64,000 bases of DNA, from NCBI GenBank assembly GCA_963674735.2, contig CAXXQS010000002.1, positions 1 through 64,000 of the forward strand, given 5' to 3'. This document shows positions 58,381 through 64,000 of the stretch, piece by piece; position 1 is the first letter of the stretch; each line of letters opens with the position of its first letter. The stretch is from Myxococcota bacterium (GTDB lineage: Bacteria; Myxococcota_A; SURF-8). The notes below the pieces were generated by a model that saw nothing but the letters and a program-made list of their open reading frames with translations, was not told where the DNA came from and did no database searches. A program made the position numbers and the translations under genes.

Positions 58381-60387
58381 TCATTCCTGAATATAATCAA
58401 AGTTCAACCATTCACGCTTCATGTCTTTGAGTCGTTTAAACCTTTCAGGATCGTTTTTCAGTAATTCTTTTACCTTTGTTGGCCGGAATTTATTTAGCCA
58501 TTTCATTTTATTGCTTTTGTAATTTTCTTGGTTGCGAGTCAAGGGAACCGAAAAGCGGTGACCATTTAGTATATATAAATCAGAAAGACGTTGAGCATTT
58601 TGTGTAGCCACGACCCTCTCGTTTAGGTCGAAAATTATAGTCCAATAAGTATAATCTTCCGTTGGGTTGTCAGTCAATATCCAATGCTTGACTCTCTCGG
58701 AGGGTAGATTCTGGATATATGAGGGGATACGTTCATTGCTGGTTGGAGGAACGTAATATGCGTATTCAAAACTAGGAGGTTGTTCGCAGGTATATTTCGA
58801 AAAATGCATGTCGTAGTGAAAAATGACGAAGCGGTTTTCCGAAATTTTTGTTTGGTATAGGTTTGCGGCTCTGAAACTAGCACAGCCAATGGTTGCACGA
58901 TGTAATGATGCTTGGCCCAACTGTGCACCATCGAGATGAGTAACAGGTAAATCGCCGCATGGAACAATCCCACAACCTTCAGGAAGGTATTCAATCTGAG
59001 ATTCGCCATTTTCATTGAAAAGCAGGCTTTCATCCACCCCAAGGCAGGCGGCATCAAGTTTTGCCTCCCACAAATTTGCGCCTTCCAGATGTGCACTTTG
59101 AAGTTGTGCTCCTTCCATGTGGGCACCCCAAAGATCGGCTCCCATCAGTTCGGCGCGTTTCAGTTGGGCATCGATTAAATTGGCGTTGGATAAGTTGGCT
59201 TCTTCAAGGATTGCTCCACTAAGATCGGCCGATTGAAGAAAAGCGCCGCGCAAATCAGCTCTCATCAGATTGATGTTTGGAAGCTTTGCACCTGCGACTC
59301 CCTTCTGGGATTTGGAATCTGCTGGAAGAGAGAGGCAACTATGCGCCAAATCAGCCGGGGGAATAGTCCAATGAATGACTCTGAAGAAGTCCCATTGAAA
59401 AATAACCATGATTGCCGCGATGAAAAACAATACGGGGGAGATTTTACGCCAGACTGCAAGACTACACAAAACAAATGGAGGATTTGTTCGATTTATTTGG
59501 TGTCTAATCTCGATACGTATTCCTATGTAGATCATGATAATTGCCAGGAAAACCAACGCGATGAGGCCGATTGCTTGCGAAGCAATTATGTCATGGTGAT
59601 ACAACCAACCATCCATCGTTGATCGCAGAAACAACAAGTCATACCAATATTTGAAAACCAGGAATGGGGCGGCCCACCAAGACACAAACCCAAATACAAG
59701 AATAAGAAATATTTGGTATGTGCCACGCTGCCTTACCACAAAAACACCGATCCAGGGATATGGTTTATCTTTATCAATTCCGGGTAGTCTCCGAGAGTAT
59801 TTATCAAGCAACATCGTCAGGTAACCGAGGTAAATTTGCAGATAAAGAGAAAAGAAAATAATCAATAGCGGCATGATGAAGAAGCAAGCTGTGATATCGA
59901 CTTCTATCTTTAAGAATGGCAGTTCAACTAATTGTTTGTTGATGGAGTAAAAAGCCGAATCTTGGATCCCGTAAAGTGTAGCCAAACCATATGCGAGAAT
60001 AAAAACATGAATGAAGTATAGATTCCGAGTATGTTTGACCGTTTGGGCGATTGTGTCCGAGATGTGCTTTTCAATGGCTTTCTTCGAAATCGTATTAAAG
60101 ATGGAATTTTCATCACTTTTCTCTGCATTTTGGGGCTTTTTAATGGATATCCAATTATTGAAAGTCCATCGTCGTATCTCTATAAAGAAGAGATAAAAAG
60201 AAATCGTTAGAGAGGTCACAGCTAAAATGCGGATAGAACATAAGTAATAATAATCTGAAGTAGGTTTAAATAATAAGAATTCATCTCTTTCTCCCAAAAA
60301 CCACAAAACGACGGAAATTATAAATGTACCAATAGCCAATGGTAGCCAAGTGAGATTGGCTATGTATTTTTTATTATTCATTGCCAC
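58381..60387 (-). CDS. Pentapeptide-repeat membrane protein (AT-rich)
   Basis: Multi-TM region with LPF...YLQIYL...YPW motif followed by ADLRGAFLQSADLSGA repeats. Markedly low GC. Confidence 0.85.
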   Translation of the reverse strand: MAMNNKKYIANLTWLPLAIGTFIISVVLWFLGERDEFLLFKPTSDYYYLCSIRILAVTSLTISFYLFFIEIRRWTFNNWISIKKPQNAEKSDENSIFNTISKKAIEKHISDTIAQTVKHTRNLYFIHVFILAYGLATLYGIQDSAFYSINKQLVELPFLKIEVDITACFFIMPLLIIFFSLYLQIYLGYLTMLLDKYSRRLPGIDKDKPYPWIGVFVVRQRGTYQIFLILVFGFVSWWAAPFLVFKYWYDLLFLRSTMDGWLYHHDIIASQAIGLIALVFLAIIMIYIGIRIEIRHQINRTNPPFVLCSLAVWRKISPVLFFIAAIMVIFQWDFFRVIHWTIPPADLAHSCLSLPADSKSQKGVAGAKLPNINLMRADLRGAFLQSADLSGAILEEANLSNANLIDAQLKRAELMGADLWGAHMEGAQLQSAHLEGANLWEAKLDAACLGVDESLLFNENGESQIEYLPEGCGIVPCGDLPVTHLDGAQLGQASLHRATIGCASFRAANLYQTKISENRFVIFHYDMHFSKYTCEQPPSFEYAYYVPPTSNERIPSYIQNLPSERVKHWILTDNPTEDYTYWTIIFDLNERVVATQNAQRLSDLYILNGHRFSVPLTRNQENYKSNKMKWLNKFRPTKVKELLKNDPERFKRLKDMKREWLNFDYIQE

Positions 60388-60612
60388 GCACTCCCACTGC
60401 TATTGAAGAAGAATGACAAGGTGTTGACGGCCAGTGTTGTGTTGATTATCAGTAATAGATATCATTAGGTATGCCATATGTACAGCAAAAATCAAGATTA
60501 ATTTTCATCGAAGCGGCGATGGTTTTCCGCGCTTCTCGCCAGTATGGAATTTACGCGGGAATCTCCCCCACCACCGCTCTTATTACGCTAGGTTTGACGG
60601 ATGGGTGATGTT

Positions 60613-60728
60613 TCGAAGCCGCGCTCCTTGAGTCGCAGCCGCGCTCCGACACGACAAAAGGGGTAAGGTCTCCAATACGGAATCCGGGATGATGGAAGCC
60701 TACGCGCCGTTTTCCGCCAGATCCCGCA
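60613..60728 (-). repeat. Inverted copy of the cbpA 3' end and downstream repeat
   Basis: Reverse complement reads tgcgggatctggcggaaaacggcgcgtaggcttccatc...gtcggagcgcggctgcgac...cgcggcttcg. Confidence 0.75.
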
Positions 60729-60859
60729 GTTTCCCTGCTGAAGCGAGTCTCCGACAGGCTCCCCATGTAGGAAGCAGGCTGGAAACCCTGCCATCCGTTG
60801 AAAATTTCGTTCCATTTTTTATGTTTTCGAGTTTTCTCGGCCGCTTTCGTCGTTTCCAT

Positions 60860-60890
60860 AAAAAAAAAACAAGCCGGAAAAACCGGCTTG
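60860..60890 (-). terminator. Intrinsic terminator after the tRNA
   Basis: A10 tract plus caagccgg-aaaaa-ccggcttg. Confidence 0.85.
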
Positions 60891-60900
60891 CTTAAGGACT

Positions 60901-60977
60901 TGGTAGCGGGGGCTGGATTCGAACCAGCGACCTTCGGATCATGAGTCCGACGAGCTACCGAACTGCTCCACCCCGCA
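60901..60977 (-). tRNA. tRNA-Met(CAT), initiator-type, with variant anticodon arm
   Basis: TGCGGGGTGGAGCAGTTCGGTAGCTCGTCGGACTCATGATCCGAAGGTCGCTGGTTCGAATCCAGCCCCCGCTACCA. 77 nt, encoded CCA and a 1:72 mismatch. Confidence 0.95.
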
Positions 60978-61039
60978 GCGAGGTGTATATATGAACGAAG
61001 TTCAGCTAATTGTCAAGAGATTATTCCATCGAGGCCGAT

Positions 61040-61321
61040 TTACCGGTATCCGCGATTGAATCCGCCCCGATCGTCGTTGCGACTTTGGGCGAAATTGACC
61101 CGCAAGGCGCGTCCTTCATGCTCTTTGCTGTCCATTTCCAGCGCCTTTTCCGCATCCTCGTCCTGGGCGAAGGTGACGAAACCGAAACCGCGGGAGCGTC
61201 CCGTTTCGCGATCCATGATCACTTTGGCTTCAGTAACGTCGCCGTACACGGCAAACAGGTTTTCGAGTCCTTCGTTGTTGACGGACCAGGGCAAATTACC
61301 GACATAAAGTTTATTGGGCAT
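61040..61321 (-). CDS. RRM (RNP-1) RNA-binding protein
   Basis: KLYVGNLP (RNP2), RSRGFGFVTF (RNP1) and GRALRVN. Confidence 0.95.
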   Translation of the reverse strand: MPNKLYVGNLPWSVNNEGLENLFAVYGDVTEAKVIMDRETGRSRGFGFVTFAQDEDAEKALEMDSKEHEGRALRVNFAQSRNDDRGGFNRGYR

Positions 61322-61622
61322 CTGACTCCTCATTCTCGGAAGGCAAACAGTGAAAAGACCGGCCGGGCTGATTCCCGGTTACGAACCCGAGAAACACCCA
61401 AGATCATTCCAGCCGCGTAAGGGGGACGTAAAACTTGGAGGGCTTCCCACGTTCGGTGGATCGGCCTTCGGTGACGCCTTCTTCGCCACCTCTATTATTC
61501 CTACCGAAAAAAGACGTACTCGGCAAGAAAAAATGCATGTGTTACGAGTCGAGCGAAACAGCCCTTTTATCTAAAGAGGATTGTGCTATTTACCTATGGC
61601 GGGTATGCCGCCCCGCAGGGTG

Positions 61623-63428
61623 CTATTTGACATACATGTTTTCGATCAAGTCCTGATAGTTTTTCCCGATGGCTTTTCGTTTCATCTTCATGGTGGGGGT
61701 CAACTCGCCGTTTTCCTGCGAAAAACTGTGGTCGATCAGCCGGAATACCTTGATCTGCTCCACCCGCGCGAATTGCTGGTTGTGATGCGAGATCCGTTCT
61801 TTGTACAAGGCCAGCACTTCGGGCTGCGCGACCAGTGTGGCCGGGGTACCGTCCGGCAGGCCTTTTTCCGCGGCCCAGGACTTGAGGGCGTCGAAATCCG
61901 GAACGATCAGAGCCGAGATGAAAGGCCGCCGGTCGCCGATGACAACGATGTTCTCGATGAAACGGTCGCTCATCAGGGCGTTTTCGATATTCTGGGGGGA
62001 GATGTTCTTGCCCCCGGCGGTGATGATCAGATCTTTTTTCCGATCGGTGATTTTCAAAAAGCCGTCCACCAGTTCCCCGATGTCTCCGGTTTTGAACCAG
62101 CCGTCTTCCGTGAAAGTTTCTTTCGTGGCGTCGGGCTTGTTGTAATAGCCTTGCATCACCTGCGGACCCTTGATGAGGATTTCGCCGTCCGCGGCGATTT
62201 TAACCTGCGTGTCGCCGAGCGGCTTACCCACCGTTCCGAAGCGGAAGTGATCGAAGTCGTTGGCGGTAACGGCCGGAGAGGTTTCCGTGAGTCCGTAGGC
62301 TTCGTGGATGGTCATGCCCAGGGCGTTGAAAAACTCGTTGATCTCCCCGGCCAGCGGTCCGCCGCCGGAAATGAGCAGACGGATGGCGTCGGCGCCGAGA
62401 TTTTCGCGGATCTTCTTGAAGACCAGGCGTTCGGCCAGGGCGTGCTGGACGCGCAGGGCGGCGGACGAGTGGCGTTTGTGGATCCGGTCGTTCATGCGGC
62501 GTTTGCCCACATCGAGCGCCCAGTTGAAGAGCTGTTGCTTGCGCGGCGAGGCCGACGCGAGCTTTTCCATGATGCCCCCGTGGATTTTTTCGAACAGGCG
62601 CGGAACCGAAACCACGAAATGCGGGTGGATTTCCTTCATGTTGTCCACCACCGTCAGGGGGCTTTCGGCGAAGTAGAGCGAACCACCAAGGTAGGAAACC
62701 ATGTACCAGCTGGCGGTGCGTTCGAGCACGTGACTCATGGGCAGGAAACTGAGTCCGCACTGCCCTTTCTCGAACATATCTTCGTGCGACAGATAGGCCT
62801 GCTGGATGTTGACCAGAAAATTGAAGTGACTGAGAATCACGCCTTTGGGCGGTCCGGTGGTGCCGGAGGTGTAGATCAGAGTGGCCATCTGGTCGCGGTC
62901 GATGCCGTTGAGGCGGCGGTCGAGCGCCTTCGGTTCGGGATGGCGGCGGCCCAGTTCGATCACCTGATCGAAGTGCAGCACCTGTTCGTCTTCGATACCC
63001 GGAATGGCATCCATGGTGATGATGTGCGTGAGCGTCGGAACCTTGTGGCGCACGTCCAAAACGCGCTTCAGGTGTTCGCGTTCGGCGACGATGACCATGG
63101 ACGAGCCCGAGTCGTTGAGGATGTACTCCGCTTCCACGGACGAATTGGTCGGATAGATCGGGATATCGGCGGCTCCGCAGGACAAGATCGCCAGGTCGGA
63201 TACGCCCCATTCCCAGCGGTTGGGGGAGAATATGGCCACGTGGTCGTTGGCTTTGACGCCCAAAGACATCAATCCCAGTGCGAAGAAACGGACCTTTTCG
63301 TCCATCTCCTTCCAACTGATGGTTTTCCACGCGCCACCCGTTTTCCAGCCGAGAAACGGCCGGTTTGCGAACTCCCGGACATTGGCGAAAAAGATTTCGG
63401 GTAGGTGTCGTTCCTTCACGTCGATCAT
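61623..63428 (-). CDS. Long-chain fatty acid-CoA ligase (AMP-dependent synthetase)
   Basis: IYTSGTTGPPKG, FLPMSH, AYGLTE, GWFKTGD, ITDRKKDLI and LTPTMKMKR. Confidence 0.92.
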   Translation of the reverse strand: MIDVKERHLPEIFFANVREFANRPFLGWKTGGAWKTISWKEMDEKVRFFALGLMSLGVKANDHVAIFSPNRWEWGVSDLAILSCGAADIPIYPTNSSVEAEYILNDSGSSMVIVAEREHLKRVLDVRHKVPTLTHIITMDAIPGIEDEQVLHFDQVIELGRRHPEPKALDRRLNGIDRDQMATLIYTSGTTGPPKGVILSHFNFLVNIQQAYLSHEDMFEKGQCGLSFLPMSHVLERTASWYMVSYLGGSLYFAESPLTVVDNMKEIHPHFVVSVPRLFEKIHGGIMEKLASASPRKQQLFNWALDVGKRRMNDRIHKRHSSAALRVQHALAERLVFKKIRENLGADAIRLLISGGGPLAGEINEFFNALGMTIHEAYGLTETSPAVTANDFDHFRFGTVGKPLGDTQVKIAADGEILIKGPQVMQGYYNKPDATKETFTEDGWFKTGDIGELVDGFLKITDRKKDLIITAGGKNISPQNIENALMSDRFIENIVVIGDRRPFISALIVPDFDALKSWAAEKGLPDGTPATLVAQPEVLALYKERISHHNQQFARVEQIKVFRLIDHSFSQENGELTPTMKMKRKAIGKNYQDLIENMYVK

Positions 63429-63616
63429 GCGTGTCTCCCGTCCACTCGTAATGGCAAATGAGGTGGAAAGCCGGTACAAGGGCTTATCATTCTTGACTGA
63501 TGATGAGACTTTAGCGCGGAAGTGATCGGGGCACAAGATTTTTTACTCTCGCGCCAAAAAAAGGCGGGGCGGGCGTTTTGCCCAAACCGGGTGTTCCGAG
63601 CAAAGCCTGTCCATCC

Positions 63617-63797
63617 AGGGCGTTTCAATTCTAAGCTTTTCACCGTTTTCCACCCACGATACTTCGGTTTACGGGGTGCCATGGGCCAAGCCTTTGGCTT
63701 GCCCATGCTGTTTTCACGGGCAAACCTGACGGTTTAGCCCGTGCCACCCATCATCAATCAAAGATTGTTCGAGACTAAATCAGAATTGAAACGCCCT
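63617..63797. mobile_element. 181-bp MITE-like element, copy 2, containing a REP doublet
   Basis: Perfect 16-bp terminal inverted repeats agggcgtttcaattct / agaattgaaacgccct. Near-identical to 17392-17572. Confidence 0.85.
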
Positions 63798-64000
63798 ACT
63801 GTCCATCATGAAAAAGGTGATCAGAGAGAAAACTTATGCTACGATTCAAACAATCGAGCCGGATGGCTCCCCTATAACCTGGATGCACACGCGTCAAACG
63901 ATCGTTATAACGAGTGCATCGCTCCGACTACAGTTGCCGAATAGAACCGTGTCGATTGAAATTACTGGGAAAACACATGCAGCCTCAAATCCCGAAACAA

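Noticed and set aside
60551-60859. ORF resembling the frameshifted cbpA tail (RRVGFH...ERGCD)
   Set aside because: Explained by the inverted nucleotide repeat, not by a conserved protein.
58256-60900. tRNA-anchored genomic island
   Set aside because: An AT-rich gene lies beyond the tRNA 3' end, but I saw no integrase and no direct repeat of the tRNA end.
63808-64000. Open plus-strand frame (MKKVIREK...) running off the window end
   Set aside because: No RBS or recognisable motif, and too little sequence to support a call.

Overview
A GC-rich bacterial chromosomal window. The gene content suggests an anaerobic Myxococcota/deltaproteobacteria-like organism, which is an inference only. Housekeeping and metabolic genes include xsc with an atypical SerC-fold aminotransferase, an EF-G paralog, alr, rubredoxin, crcB/Fluc, a double-cubane reductase-like protein, an NTP-transferase/CDP-alcohol phosphotransferase pair, divergent dnaK and grpE-cbpA, a CoA-transferase with a 2-hydroxyacyl-CoA dehydratase/activator cluster, an acyl-CoA ligase, an RRM protein and an initiator-type tRNA-Met. 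These are interspersed with signalling genes (one hybrid kinase, two diguanylate cyclases), many Cys-rich lipoproteins with acidic DGD linkers and two pentapeptide-repeat membrane proteins. The most notable accessory structure lies at 39.3-43.1 kb. It is an array of three orphan Rhs C-terminal toxin/immunity cassettes whose boundaries are marked by REP-like palindromes, and it ends in an 'empty' leader. The same REP family is also carried inside a 181-bp TIR-bounded MITE present twice in the window. Other notable points are active-site changes in the SerC-like enzyme next to xsc, a non-canonical anticodon arm in the initiator tRNA, a 1-nt frameshift in cbpA, and an inverted copy of the cbpA 3' end 8.3 kb away. 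No CRISPR array, rRNA, transposase, integrase or reverse transcriptase was seen. All calls come from reading the sequence by eye; no database searches were run.
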